DNA of 64,000 bases from Verrucomicrobiales bacterium (GTDB lineage: Bacteria > Verrucomicrobiota > Verrucomicrobiia > Verrucomicrobiales > V1-33): positions 96,001-160,000 of the forward strand of contig JANOAV010000087.1 of NCBI GenBank assembly GCA_031411295.1, read 5' to 3'. The notes under the pieces were generated by a model. That model had not been told where the DNA came from, ran no database searches, and saw nothing but the letters and a program-made list of their open reading frames with translations. The position numbers and the translations under genes were made by a program. Positions 10,283-19,860 of the stretch are shown one piece after another; position 1 is the first letter of the stretch, and each line of letters starts with the position of its first letter.

Positions 10283-11467
10283 ATGCTTCGTTCCATCCAG
10301 ATCAAAAACTTCAAAGCCATCGCAGACAGCGGGAAGATTCCACTGACTCCGTTGACTGTCTTCGTGGGGCATAATGGATCAGGAAAAAGCAGTGTGCTGG
10401 AAGCGCTGGAGTTCTTCCATCGCTACGTCATGGCCGGACTGGATGAGGCCGTGGCTCCGTGGTATGACTTCGAACATATTCTATGGCAGGGACATGACCG
10501 CTCCAAGCCGCGCGCGGGTTCGCCCTTCTACACCCATCCATTTGAGATCAATCTGCTGGGAAGATCCGCTGAAAACTGGCGGGCAGAGTTAAAGGTTGGA
10601 CGGTTAGCGATGGACACCTCAACTCAAAAAGCACGCACCCTGACAGTTGAGCGGGAGGGGTTTATCATGACACGGAGGGGGGCATGGCTGCGTCGGTTCG
10701 GCCAACAGCCACGTAGAGGATTTGCCGGGAAAGGGGAAGAAATGCACGACTTCCCGCTCGGAGTAGAAGAATCGTTATTTGATGGTCTCCCGCACGGAGT
10801 TGAGCGTTGGATGTTCCTCAGCCTGGACCCCTTGTCCATCGGCCAACCTCGGGTCCGTCGAGGGTCTGGTTATGAGATGCGACTGAATCGCAGCGGGGAG
10901 AATCTTTCTGCATTTCTCCTCAGCTTCATGGAAAAAGATCCTGATGGATTTAACTCCATGGTGGACAGCCTGCGCTTCATCCTACCTTACGTTGCAGACC
11001 TCAGACCTGAGGTGGTGCGTGACATGGTGGAGAGCCGCACGCTAATCCGGCTCACCGAAGGCTTCCCTGAGCGCCACGCGCATCTTCCTGGCTGGGTGCT
11101 CTCCGGCGGGACGCTGCGGCTGCTGGCCATCATTGCCGCCCTGCGCCATCCAGAAGCACCGGAAGTGCTGATGATTGAGGAATTAGAAAACGGATTGGAC
11201 CCCAGAGCCATCGGTTTCGTCGTAGAAGAAATCCGCTACGCCATCCAGGAGGAAGGTCGGCAGGTGCTAACCACGACCCATTCTCCCTATCTATTAGATA
11301 AACTGAGTCTGGAGCATATCGTAACTGTTGAGCGGGAAAGCGGTGGTCCTCCAGTGTTCCGCCGACCAAGCGAGGACGAACACTTGAGGCAGTGGGCAGA
11401 ACGCTTTGCCCCAGGTTCGCTTTACACAATGGGCCTCTACCGCAAGCGCACAGGAGGAGAGAAATGA
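10283..11467 (+). CDS. ABC/AAA_21-family ATPase (AbiEii/AriA/OLD-like)
   Basis: IKNFKAI start, Walker A GHNGSGKSS, signature LSGGTLRLL, Walker B LMIEELENGLDP, H-loop TTHSP. Confidence 0.88.
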   Translation: MLRSIQIKNFKAIADSGKIPLTPLTVFVGHNGSGKSSVLEALEFFHRYVMAGLDEAVAPWYDFEHILWQGHDRSKPRAGSPFYTHPFEINLLGRSAENWRAELKVGRLAMDTSTQKARTLTVEREGFIMTRRGAWLRRFGQQPRRGFAGKGEEMHDFPLGVEESLFDGLPHGVERWMFLSLDPLSIGQPRVRRGSGYEMRLNRSGENLSAFLLSFMEKDPDGFNSMVDSLRFILPYVADLRPEVVRDMVESRTLIRLTEGFPERHAHLPGWVLSGGTLRLLAIIAALRHPEAPEVLMIEELENGLDPRAIGFVVEEIRYAIQEEGRQVLTTTHSPYLLDKLSLEHIVTVERESGGPPVFRRPSEDEHLRQWAERFAPGSLYTMGLYRKRTGGEK

Positions 11468-12156
11468 GCAAACGACTCGGATTAGTATTGGAATGCGATG
11501 CTGGCGGACCGGACGAGCTAATTTTCAAATGTCTTTCGCGCAGGTTAAGCGCTCCGGACCATGAACCGGAGGTGATTCCAGTCTGCCTCGGCAGTAAAAA
11601 GGGCATCATGGAAGATGGCGTCAGCCGCGCAGAATCACTGGTCACAGTGGAGAAGTGCGACTTGGTGCTGGTGGTCTGGGACCTGAAACCCCTCTGGTCA
11701 CAGATCGACGCCAAGAGATGTGTCCATGAAGCTGATGACCTGCGTGCCAAATTGGCGAATCTGCCAGCGAACGTGCGCAAGAAAATCCGCCTGCTGTGCC
11801 TAACTTGGGAACTGGAAACCTGGCTCCTTGCCGAAGACCGCGCGATCCGTGAATACCTCTCCACCCCGGCCCATTCGTGTAATTTTACCACTCCATCAAG
11901 ACTGCACCAGATCAATGACCCGAAGTCCACCTTAAATAGGGCATTCACGGACTTCCGAGGAAAAAGTCGACGTTATGTTGACTGGCAGGAAGCAATCCAA
12001 CTTGTTCAGCTTTGGGCTGATAGCAAAAAGGTGCAAAAAGTCCCTTCCTTCGCTCGGTTCGCGAAATTGATAACTGATCAGGATACGCCAGAGTTTCGAC
12101 AATGCGGCGCGGTTTGTGCAAATCTTGTCCATCAAGCTGGCCGCATGGGAAAATAA
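11464..12156 (+). CDS. DUF4276-like (TOPRIM-related) protein, partner of the ATPase
   Basis: ATGA overlap with the ATPase stop; LVLEC...DE N-terminal acidic motif, VVWD, and ELETWLLAE motif. The true start is taken as the ATG at 11464. Confidence 0.65.
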   Translation: MSKRLGLVLECDAGGPDELIFKCLSRRLSAPDHEPEVIPVCLGSKKGIMEDGVSRAESLVTVEKCDLVLVVWDLKPLWSQIDAKRCVHEADDLRAKLANLPANVRKKIRLLCLTWELETWLLAEDRAIREYLSTPAHSCNFTTPSRLHQINDPKSTLNRAFTDFRGKSRRYVDWQEAIQLVQLWADSKKVQKVPSFARFAKLITDQDTPEFRQCGAVCANLVHQAGRMGK

Positions 12157-12175
12157 TAATCAACAAAATTCCACT

Positions 12176-12673
12176 ATGAGCCCCATTCTTCTACTAGGAC
12201 AACTTCTCACGACTACAGGCGAAATCTGTGGGCGCAAGAAGCTGCAGAAGATCGTGCATCTCTTGCAGACGTTAAAAGGCGTGCCTTTCGGCTACTCCTT
12301 CCAGTTCTCGTTCTTCGGACCGTATTCCGCAGACTTGAAGGCAGATGTGGGAGCGCTGACGGCGGAGGGTTTGCTCCTAGAACACCCAGAGACCACACCA
12401 CAGGGGAACAAGACTTATCGTTTCACGGCGGATCCACGGATGGCCCAACTGCTCTCAGATGTGTCTGCCCCCGCTCCAGACGGCTGGAACCAATTGGCCA
12501 CCAATCTTAATGCCCGATCCGCCGAGGAGCTGGAAGGCATCAGCACACTCCTGTTTCTGCAAAAAATGGGCTGGGCTGGTGAGGATCTGAAGGAGCAATT
12601 CGGGCTGCTAAAGCCCAGATTGAAAGACGGTTTTGCAAAATACGAAGTGGAACTGTCGAAGCTGGCAGCCTGA
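12176..12673 (+). CDS. YwgA/Panacea (SocA-like) winged-helix antitoxin-like protein
   Basis: GRKKLQKIVHLLQ...YSFQFSFFGPYSADL matches the LQKxxY...GPYS motif of the YwgA/DUF4065-like families. Confidence 0.65.
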   Translation: MSPILLLGQLLTTTGEICGRKKLQKIVHLLQTLKGVPFGYSFQFSFFGPYSADLKADVGALTAEGLLLEHPETTPQGNKTYRFTADPRMAQLLSDVSAPAPDGWNQLATNLNARSAEELEGISTLLFLQKMGWAGEDLKEQFGLLKPRLKDGFAKYEVELSKLAA

Positions 12674-12709
12674 TTCCGCACCACTGCGGATTCGCTAACT
12701 GAATGAGGG

Positions 12710-13498
12710 ATGAGCCCAGTTTATCGCAATGTCCATTTCCAAGCAGAACTCCCCCAGGGTGCGCTGCCAGAAAGTTTCGGTATCCTAACGGCATGGAATC
12801 CCCAAGGGCAGGCGGCTGAACCTGCAGTCAACCAGGCGGCTAACCTTGCCCTTCAGGAAACCCTACGAGCCAAGGGAAATCTTCATTTCCCCGTTACTGG
12901 TGGCTCGGCAGACGGGACCTATCAGGAAGTGGGATTCGGGATGGTTGCCAGCGAAATAGAGACCCTGGAGCTAGCCCGGCAATTCAATCAGGAAGCCATT
13001 TATTTCGTCCACCGCGGCCAAGTTAATCTCGTTTCCTGCGGCACAGATCCGCCGGAGCTCCTGGCACTTTGGCGGTTGATGGCACCGGGAGCCGCAGCTC
13101 ATCCGAATTTTCATTTCAAAGGCAATCTCAGCCTCATCACGCAATCCCCCCAGCCATTCCTGATTTCCTCCCGCTGCACCCCGCAGCAAGTCTTGGACTC
13201 CTACGCTTGGGCTCGCGCGCAGTGCGATGCTGGCACTACGATCATCAGCGGATTCCATTCCCCAGTAGAGCAGGACGTCTTCAACATCCTCCGCCGCCGT
13301 GGAGCGAACTTGATCTGGGTGCCCGGCCGGGATCTCCCCAAAGTGATCCCCCAACCCTATCAGGAACTCCTCCAGCAAAATCGCCTTCTCATAGCAACCC
13401 CCTTCGACTTCCAAAAACCCTCCCGCCCCACCAGAGATACCTGCCACAAACGCAACCAATGGATAGAAGCCCTCTGCCAAAGAGGCACGCTTTTCTAG
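12710..13498 (+). CDS. DUF3293 domain fused to a probably C-truncated DprA/SLOG-like domain
   Basis: N-half ILTAWNPQG...N...L...E.GF...LARQFNQEAI (DUF3293-like); C-half SSRC...IISGFHSPVEQDV...RLLIATPF...RNQWI (DprA/SLOG-like). Confidence 0.65.
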   Translation: MSPVYRNVHFQAELPQGALPESFGILTAWNPQGQAAEPAVNQAANLALQETLRAKGNLHFPVTGGSADGTYQEVGFGMVASEIETLELARQFNQEAIYFVHRGQVNLVSCGTDPPELLALWRLMAPGAAAHPNFHFKGNLSLITQSPQPFLISSRCTPQQVLDSYAWARAQCDAGTTIISGFHSPVEQDVFNILRRRGANLIWVPGRDLPKVIPQPYQELLQQNRLLIATPFDFQKPSRPTRDTCHKRNQWIEALCQRGTLF

Positions 13499-13514
13499 CA
13501 GACTATCTATTTGA

Positions 13515-13808
<294 letters not shown>

Positions 13809-13818
13809 CAAAAGCAAA

Positions 13819-13840
13819 GTGGCACGGGCGTCCCGCCCGT
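13819..13840 (+). repeat. REP-like palindrome, second copy
   Basis: GTGGCACGGGCGTCCCGCCCGT is identical to 2974-2995. Confidence 0.45.
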
Positions 13841-13869
13841 AAGCCAACACCGCGCAATCTATCACGCAC

Positions 13870-13897
13870 ACGGGCGGCCTCGTAAGGGGCCGCCCGT
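13870..13897 (+). terminator. Terminator-like hairpin (GTAA tetraloop) after the rpoC fragment
   Basis: ACGGGCGGCCTC-GTAA-GGGGCCGCCCGT followed by TTGTTG. Confidence 0.7.
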
Positions 13898-14062
13898 TTG
13901 TTGCCTACTACCTGCAATTCGAACGCCACAGCAGCGGAGTTGTGCCTGACGTGGTCCTCGATCACTGGCATTCGTTTCAGTTTTGGTGAGCCTGTTGTCG
14001 GCCCGGGTGGCCACCTACCGCTTGCGTTTCTTCAGTGGCCGGGACACTTAAGGGTCAACTTC

Positions 14063-14614
14063 ATGTCTGCTCCCCGCATCACCCCACTCAACGTTATCCT
14101 CATCGGCTTTATGGGCTGTGGGAAGACCACGATTGGCGTCCGTCTGGCAGGGCTGCTAGGGTTTGATTTTGTGGATACCGATACCCTCATTGTGGCCAAG
14201 GCGGGCAAGCCCATTCCAGAAATCTTTGCTGAACTGGGAGAGTCCGGATTTCGCGACATCGAGACCTCCGTGCTCGATGATTTGCTGGCTCAGGGCACCG
14301 AACGTCTCGTCATTTCCACCGGCGGTGGCATCGTGACCCAACCTGTAAACATCCCGAAACTCCAAGCTCTGGGCGCCATTCTGTGGCTCACCACCACCGC
14401 TGAGAACCTCTGGCAGCGCGTCAAACGGAACCGCGAACGCCCGATGCTACATACGCCGAATCCCCGGCAGACCTTCGACGAATTGCTCGCGTTGCGCCAG
14501 CCGATGTATCAAGCAGTGGCGGATTTGACCATTGATAGCCGGGGGCTCAGCCCTGAAGAAGCGGCCTACGGTATGGCTGAAAGCGTGCGCGTTTACTTTA
14601 CGCCCCGGGCATGA
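14063..14614 (+). CDS. aroK: Shikimate kinase
   Basis: LIGFMGCGKTT Walker A, FVDTD, GESGFRDIET, STGGG, RPML, R.P.Y motifs. Confidence 0.95.
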   Translation: MSAPRITPLNVILIGFMGCGKTTIGVRLAGLLGFDFVDTDTLIVAKAGKPIPEIFAELGESGFRDIETSVLDDLLAQGTERLVISTGGGIVTQPVNIPKLQALGAILWLTTTAENLWQRVKRNRERPMLHTPNPRQTFDELLALRQPMYQAVADLTIDSRGLSPEEAAYGMAESVRVYFTPRA

Positions 14615-15360
14615 GCGCAACTCCGTGGAACATCCTCCGATTCGATGAGATTGGCAGCACCAGTGACGAAGCCCGCCGCTTGGCCCTGGAAGGGGCACCT
14701 CATGGCACGGTGGTAGTGGCTGAGAGCCAGACGGCCGGGCGGGGCCGTCGTGGCAGCGCTTGGGTCTCACCGGCCGGGCGGAACTTGCTGTGCTCCGTGC
14801 TCCTCCGCCCGGACTGGCCCATGGAAACCTGGCCGCGGCTGACTCATGTTGTCGCCCTGGCCATCACCGATGTGTTGGAGGCAGCACAAATCGCCCCGAA
14901 AATTAAGTGGCCTAACGACTTGTATCTCCATGGACGCAAATGCTGCGGCATTCTGTTGGAAACCGCGCGCAGCCCTCAGGGAATGTTCGTCGTCATCGGC
15001 TTCGGTCTCAACGTGAACCTAGCCGCCGATGAAATGCCAGCGGAGATCCTGACGATCGCAACCTCGTTGAGAATCGAAACCGAGCGCACGTGGGATCGCG
15101 AACGGTTGCTGCAATCCATCCTCCAACGACTGGCCAGCCGGGCGGAGCAAGCCGCGCAAGATTTCCCCGCCCTCATCCAAGCCATCAGCGCCCGAAGCCT
15201 CCTTCAGGGCCAGCGGGTGAGCCTCGTCAGCCAAGGCGAGGCACGCCACGGCACCGTGCTGGGGCTCACCGCGCAAGGGGGGCTGCATTTCCAGTCAGAT
15301 GAAGGGGTGCCAGAAGAAATTTTGTCGGCTGACCTCGTGCGCCTGCTTCCTGGGGGTTGA
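14611..15360 (+). CDS. birA: Biotin-[acetyl-CoA-carboxylase] ligase (no HTH)
   Basis: GSTSD, QTAGRGRRG..W, IKWPND, RKCCGIL, GFGLNV. Confidence 0.95.
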   Translation: MSATPWNILRFDEIGSTSDEARRLALEGAPHGTVVVAESQTAGRGRRGSAWVSPAGRNLLCSVLLRPDWPMETWPRLTHVVALAITDVLEAAQIAPKIKWPNDLYLHGRKCCGILLETARSPQGMFVVIGFGLNVNLAADEMPAEILTIATSLRIETERTWDRERLLQSILQRLASRAEQAAQDFPALIQAISARSLLQGQRVSLVSQGEARHGTVLGLTAQGGLHFQSDEGVPEEILSADLVRLLPGG

Positions 15361-15504
15361 TCGTCGGTGGACGCGGAGAGATCCGGTAAATTCCCAGATT
15401 TGAGGAATTTTCTCGGAATTGAATGAATATAAATGAGTCCAGATTATTCTGAGTGCTGTAATTTTACTTGATTCCAATGGAGAATCATTGCAATACTAGT
15501 CATT

Positions 15505-16284
15505 ATGAGTGCACCTACAGATACAACCCAACCGCTCCAACTCGATGAAAATGGTTTTTACTTTCCTCCCCCCATCGTGGTGCAGGGAACCCCAGTGGGA
15601 GAATATTATCACGCCATGTTCCGTGGCTTAACCCACAAGCTCAATAACTTTTTGGCTGTCATCCAAGGATTTTCCAGCCTCATCCTGATGAGCGATGGTT
15701 TGGAGTCCTCGGTGAAGGAAAATTTGGATCACATGAAGGGAGCTGCTCAAGGCGCAGGAGCCTTGGCTGAGCGCCTCCTCGCCATCGGCGGCTGTGCCAA
15801 TCTGAATCTACAGTCCCTGAGCCTCCAGGCGTTCCTGCCATTGGTTGAAACGAACCTGCGCGTCCCTTTCACGAAGTTCAATGTGCCTCTGCAAATTAAC
15901 ATTGCCCCGAATCTCAGCCCCGTGCTGGTAGATAATGGCCGACTCAAGGAAATCCTCTGTGAGATCACGCTGAACGCCGCTGAAGCCGTCCATCTTTCCG
16001 GTAAGCCAGGCTCTGTTGGCATCGACGTGCTCCCACCGGGGCAAGTGGCGGGCAGCCGCCCGGGCTGCGTGGACATCTTCGTCCGCAACACCGGCCTCAC
16101 CATGCCGACCGAAAAATTCCGCGAATTCTTCCGTCCCTTCCATAGCACCAAAGACAGCAAGCACTATGGCATCGGTCTGGCCATCACCCAGATGCTGTGT
16201 GCGCAAATGGGCATTCGCTTTGGGCTTAAGAGCGATCAGGACACGACCACCATCTGGTTGAGCGTGCCCCAAGTTCAGGCCTAA
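15505..16284 (+). CDS. Sensor-less histidine kinase-like protein (HisKA + HATPase)
   Basis: H-box LTHKLNNFLAVIQG, N-box LNAAEA, F-box FFRPFHSTK, G2 GIGLAI. Confidence 0.75.
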   Translation: MSAPTDTTQPLQLDENGFYFPPPIVVQGTPVGEYYHAMFRGLTHKLNNFLAVIQGFSSLILMSDGLESSVKENLDHMKGAAQGAGALAERLLAIGGCANLNLQSLSLQAFLPLVETNLRVPFTKFNVPLQINIAPNLSPVLVDNGRLKEILCEITLNAAEAVHLSGKPGSVGIDVLPPGQVAGSRPGCVDIFVRNTGLTMPTEKFREFFRPFHSTKDSKHYGIGLAITQMLCAQMGIRFGLKSDQDTTTIWLSVPQVQA

Positions 16285-16298
16285 CTGGGGCCTGCCCC

Positions 16299-16841
16299 GT
16301 GCCGAAATCCCGCGCCATCCTGCTTCGCAAAATCCCGCTCACGGATACCAGCCTCATTGTGTCCTGGTGTTGCGGAGAATTGGGATTGATTAAGACGGCA
16401 GCCAAAGGCGCGCGTCGGCCCGGCAGTCCGTTGGCGGGCCAGTTGGATCTGTTTTACGAGGTGGAAATCGAGTTCATTACCGCCAAGCGTGGTGACCTCC
16501 ACACGCTGCGTGAGGCATCGGTCATCAACTATCGTCATGGACTTCAGGCCAGCTACCTGCGGGTGGTGGCCGCCTCCTATTTTGTGAAGTTAATCGAGCT
16601 GGTGGCCGAACCGGACACGCCCATTCCCGCCCTGCATCAGCTCTTGGAACGGGCTCTGAATTGGCTTTGCGATCATGAACCCAACCTCAAAGGAGTCCTC
16701 CATTTTGAAAAGGAGCTCGCCAAAGCGCTCGGCCTCTATTCAGATGACGATCCGGCACCGGCCATCCGTGCCATCCAGGAAATTTACCATCACGTGCCTG
16801 ACCAGCGCCTGCTCCTCCTGGAGAAGCTAGCAACTACTTAA
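16299..16841 (+). CDS. recO: DNA repair protein RecO (short form)
   Basis: ILLRK..LTDTSLIV...G.I...AKGARRP.S...GQLDLF N-terminal OB motif. Confidence 0.88.
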   Translation: MPKSRAILLRKIPLTDTSLIVSWCCGELGLIKTAAKGARRPGSPLAGQLDLFYEVEIEFITAKRGDLHTLREASVINYRHGLQASYLRVVAASYFVKLIELVAEPDTPIPALHQLLERALNWLCDHEPNLKGVLHFEKELAKALGLYSDDDPAPAIRAIQEIYHHVPDQRLLLLEKLATT

Positions 16842-19658
16842 CGCGTTCCCTAACACGTGATCGCATTCAGCGGTGAGCAATGTTTGCGCCACCGCATCCA
16901 CATCACCGAGACCGCTGCGCAATGCTTCACGGGTGGCGTCGGACCACAATTCAACCCAGGGGCGCAGTGTTAGGTCCTGATGGCTCTGTGGAGGTGCGAC
17001 TCGGTTTCTGACACTAAGGATCTCGCAGGCATGGACGAAGGCTTCCACCAGGGGCGGAGCGGCATCGGTTCGGAGATCCGCTGCGATGAGGGCCTTGGCT
17101 ACTTTCAGCCGATGTGCCAATTTTGGCGCGATGTCTGCAATGCGCAGTTTTTCTTCCTCCGTTAACGCCATGACCCTGGGGGTGGTTTCGGTGCTGCCGT
17201 CCAAGGGGCGACTGGCGCGTTCGCTACGTTGGATGAGGCCGGCCGCTTGCAGGGCCTCGATGGCAGTGAGGGTGGCTCGATCCAACACGAGCAGGCGTGT
17301 GGGTTCATCACTGGGTTCGCCTAGGAACATCTGCTGGTGTAAATGCTCGAGACGTGGTTTCCAAGCATCGGCATCGTGGTCCACCACGATGGCGATGGTG
17401 CTACCGGGTGCATCGGTGGCGAAGCGTTCTTCACAGGAAACGAGGTGTTGGCCCAGAAGCTGCCAGCATTGTGCCGCAAAAGCCTGCGGACGATCAGGGG
17501 GCGCTGGCGGTTTGGCGGCAGGCTTTTCCGGAGGAGGGGTGAGGATGACTTGCAACCGATTGAGAAACGACTGGCCGCCGCCTTTAAGGCTGATGCGTTC
17601 GAAATCTCCCCGCAGATCCAACACCCCATCGGACAAGCCCTGTTTCATGGCCAATGTTTCCAACATCCCGTGTTCAATGGAATTTTCCGTCACCAGATTG
17701 ATCACCGTTACGGCTCGTTTCTGATGCTTCCGCCACGCCCGGGCAATGCGCTGCTCCAGCTTGGCGGGGTTCCAAGGCAGATCACAATTGATCACCACAC
17801 TGGCATTCTGCAAATTCAGGCCAGAGCCCCCGCTCTCAGTGCAAAGCAGGATGCGGCAGTTAGGGTCCTGCTTGAATGCCATGATTTCCACTCGACGGCG
17901 TTTCTGGCTCACTTGTCCCGTGTGCAGGGCATAGCCGATCTTCATTTCGCGCAACAATCCCTGCACCAAATCCAACATGCGCACCCATTCAGAGAAAATG
18001 ATGACCTTCACCTCAGGTTCCGTGAGGCAGTCTTCCAGGATACTGCGCAGTTCATCCAGCTTCGGGCATTCCCGTGCTTCGGGGTTGAGGATATAAACGC
18101 TGTCACAAATCATCCGCATCTTGGCCAAGTTCAGCATCAGACGCTCGAACTCTTCTTTGCGCAGGGGACGATGCTTCGCCCGCATCGCAATCTGAGCCGC
18201 CTCCTTTTGCGGATCTTCATAAGCCGCTGCCTGCTCCTCTGTCATGCGGACAAAACGATTCTCGTCGGTGCGCTCGGGCAACTCATCCTCCACATCACTT
18301 TTGCGACGACGCAACATCAACGGCCGCACTCGCTCATGCAGCGCCCGCAAGTTCCGATAAGCTTCCGGGCGCCCCTTGTCATCAAGCTCATAGAACTCCC
18401 GATTGAAACGAAACAGTGATCCGAAGACCTCTGGATCAAGGAAATCCACCAACGAATACAATTCATCAATCCGATTCTCTAACGGAGTCCCCGTGAGCAC
18501 GAACGCATGCGGACTGCGCAGTAACTTGACGGCCCGGGCCGTGTTGGAAGCCCAGTTCTTAATGCGCTGGGCTTCGTCCAGCACGACGATGTCTGGGGCT
18601 AATCGCTCATTGATGTCGAGCACATCACTGCGCACTTGCTCGTAGTTCATCAGGGTGAACGTCGGTGCATCCTTGGTATAATGCCGCCCCCGTTCCCGCC
18701 GCCCGCCATAGACAATCTGATAGTCCAACGTGGTGAATTTCCGAATCTGTTCCTCCCATTCCGTCTTCAGCGAGGCCGGAGAAATGACCAGCACCCGCCG
18801 CGCCTTACCCAGTCGATGCAGTAGCGCACAGGCAGCAATTGCTTGAATCGTTTTGCCCAAACCCATTTCATCTGCTAGCATCGCGCGCCCCTTGAAGGCC
18901 AGATGCAACATGCCATCACGTTGATACGGATACAACGGCATCAACGTCACCTGCCCAGGTGCGGTGCCATCAACTACCGATCGTTCGTAATCTCGACGCA
19001 GGGTGACGCGCTGATCCTCTTGCCGACAACGTTCCAGCCAGCGCGGAATCGCGTGAGACACGCGCAACACCGGCCCACTCAGTGCCACTAAAATTTGTAA
19101 CGCATCCTCCGTGCTAACGTCCGCCGTCAGCACGCCGCTCTTGTCAAAAAATCCCTTCACCTTAGCAGGTAATCGCCTCCGATCCCCCCCAACGATAAAT
19201 GTCGGTAAACTCGCGTGACGCATGATCTCCGCACGTGCTGAACCTGACTCCACGGCTTCCTTCCAGCGTTTTCCAAGACGCTTTTCCAGTTGCCAAAGCA
19301 CTGCCTCCACGTGCTTGCACGTGCCCAACGCGTTGATCCGGAAATCCATACAAGAGCAGGCAAACAACCGCTGGGTCACATCATGAATTTGCACCACGTA
19401 GGGTAACCCGCTCGCTGAAGCCACCTTGAAATCTGAGAACAATGGATACTCTGGCGCCAGATTCGTCACCTGCATTACCTCCTCCCGCGCCCGCAACCGA
19501 CGACGATTGATCTCATCTTCATCCGTCGTCCGCCAATCTCCCTGAGCCGGAAGATTAATTTCATCGCCCCCTCGCTTGGCCTGCTTCTTTCCCTGCTTCT
19601 TATTGGGCACGGGGGTCGGCTTCGGTTTGATGAGTTTGTCGAATTTGGATCCAGCCAT
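16827..19658 (-). CDS. SWIM zinc finger + SNF2-family helicase
   Basis: CSC...CKH SWIM; LADEMGLGKT; VLDEAQRIKN; LTGTPLEN; DLPWNPAKLEQRIARAWR. Confidence 0.92.
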   Translation of the reverse strand: MAGSKFDKLIKPKPTPVPNKKQGKKQAKRGGDEINLPAQGDWRTTDEDEINRRRLRAREEVMQVTNLAPEYPLFSDFKVASASGLPYVVQIHDVTQRLFACSCMDFRINALGTCKHVEAVLWQLEKRLGKRWKEAVESGSARAEIMRHASLPTFIVGGDRRRLPAKVKGFFDKSGVLTADVSTEDALQILVALSGPVLRVSHAIPRWLERCRQEDQRVTLRRDYERSVVDGTAPGQVTLMPLYPYQRDGMLHLAFKGRAMLADEMGLGKTIQAIAACALLHRLGKARRVLVISPASLKTEWEEQIRKFTTLDYQIVYGGRRERGRHYTKDAPTFTLMNYEQVRSDVLDINERLAPDIVVLDEAQRIKNWASNTARAVKLLRSPHAFVLTGTPLENRIDELYSLVDFLDPEVFGSLFRFNREFYELDDKGRPEAYRNLRALHERVRPLMLRRRKSDVEDELPERTDENRFVRMTEEQAAAYEDPQKEAAQIAMRAKHRPLRKEEFERLMLNLAKMRMICDSVYILNPEARECPKLDELRSILEDCLTEPEVKVIIFSEWVRMLDLVQGLLREMKIGYALHTGQVSQKRRRVEIMAFKQDPNCRILLCTESGGSGLNLQNASVVINCDLPWNPAKLEQRIARAWRKHQKRAVTVINLVTENSIEHGMLETLAMKQGLSDGVLDLRGDFERISLKGGGQSFLNRLQVILTPPPEKPAAKPPAPPDRPQAFAAQCWQLLGQHLVSCEERFATDAPGSTIAIVVDHDADAWKPRLEHLHQQMFLGEPSDEPTRLLVLDRATLTAIEALQAAGLIQRSERASRPLDGSTETTPRVMALTEEEKLRIADIAPKLAHRLKVAKALIAADLRTDAAPPLVEAFVHACEILSVRNRVAPPQSHQDLTLRPWVELWSDATREALRSGLGDVDAVAQTLLTAECDHVLGNALSSC

Positions 19659-19816
19659 GAGGGATGATGATTAATGAAATTAAGGAGAGGAGATGACCCG
19701 TGCCCTAATCCAAGGAGTGGGCCTTTGCAACCCCCACAAGATGGCATACCTGCCGCCAATGCCTTGCAATGACGGTTTCCCGCCGGCCTTCGCTGGAATC
19801 TGTGGCAAAATTCCCC

Positions 19817-19860
19817 TTGCAAATCTTACGCTAGTAGGATGTAATTCCTACATGCGTAAG
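19817..19860 (+). promoter_or_regulatory. Probable leaderless sigma70 promoter overlapped by a double BlaI/CopY-type operator
   Basis: TTGCAA-17 bp-TGTAAT, with the ATG 7 nt downstream. The imperfect palindrome at 19825-19860 carries two TAC-N4-GTA boxes. Confidence 0.65.

Noticed and set aside
11392..11463. Upstream extensions given by the ORF track (also aroK 13898, blaI 19693, deoC 36305, giant protein 39610, comF 63857)
   Set aside because: They overlap neighbouring genes or promoters; family homology or signal peptides begin at downstream ATGs.
3161..13498. Calling the island DISARM or BREX
   Set aside because: No DrmA, DrmB (DUF1998), PglZ or BrxC-like genes are present; only shared domain types.
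17343..18419. Long antisense ORFs (also 2271-2897, 30674-31216, 33299-33934, 36865-38070, 40153-41559, 43366-44409, 45388-46467)
   Set aside because: These are shadow frames opposite well-supported genes with biased codon usage and have no recognisable motifs.
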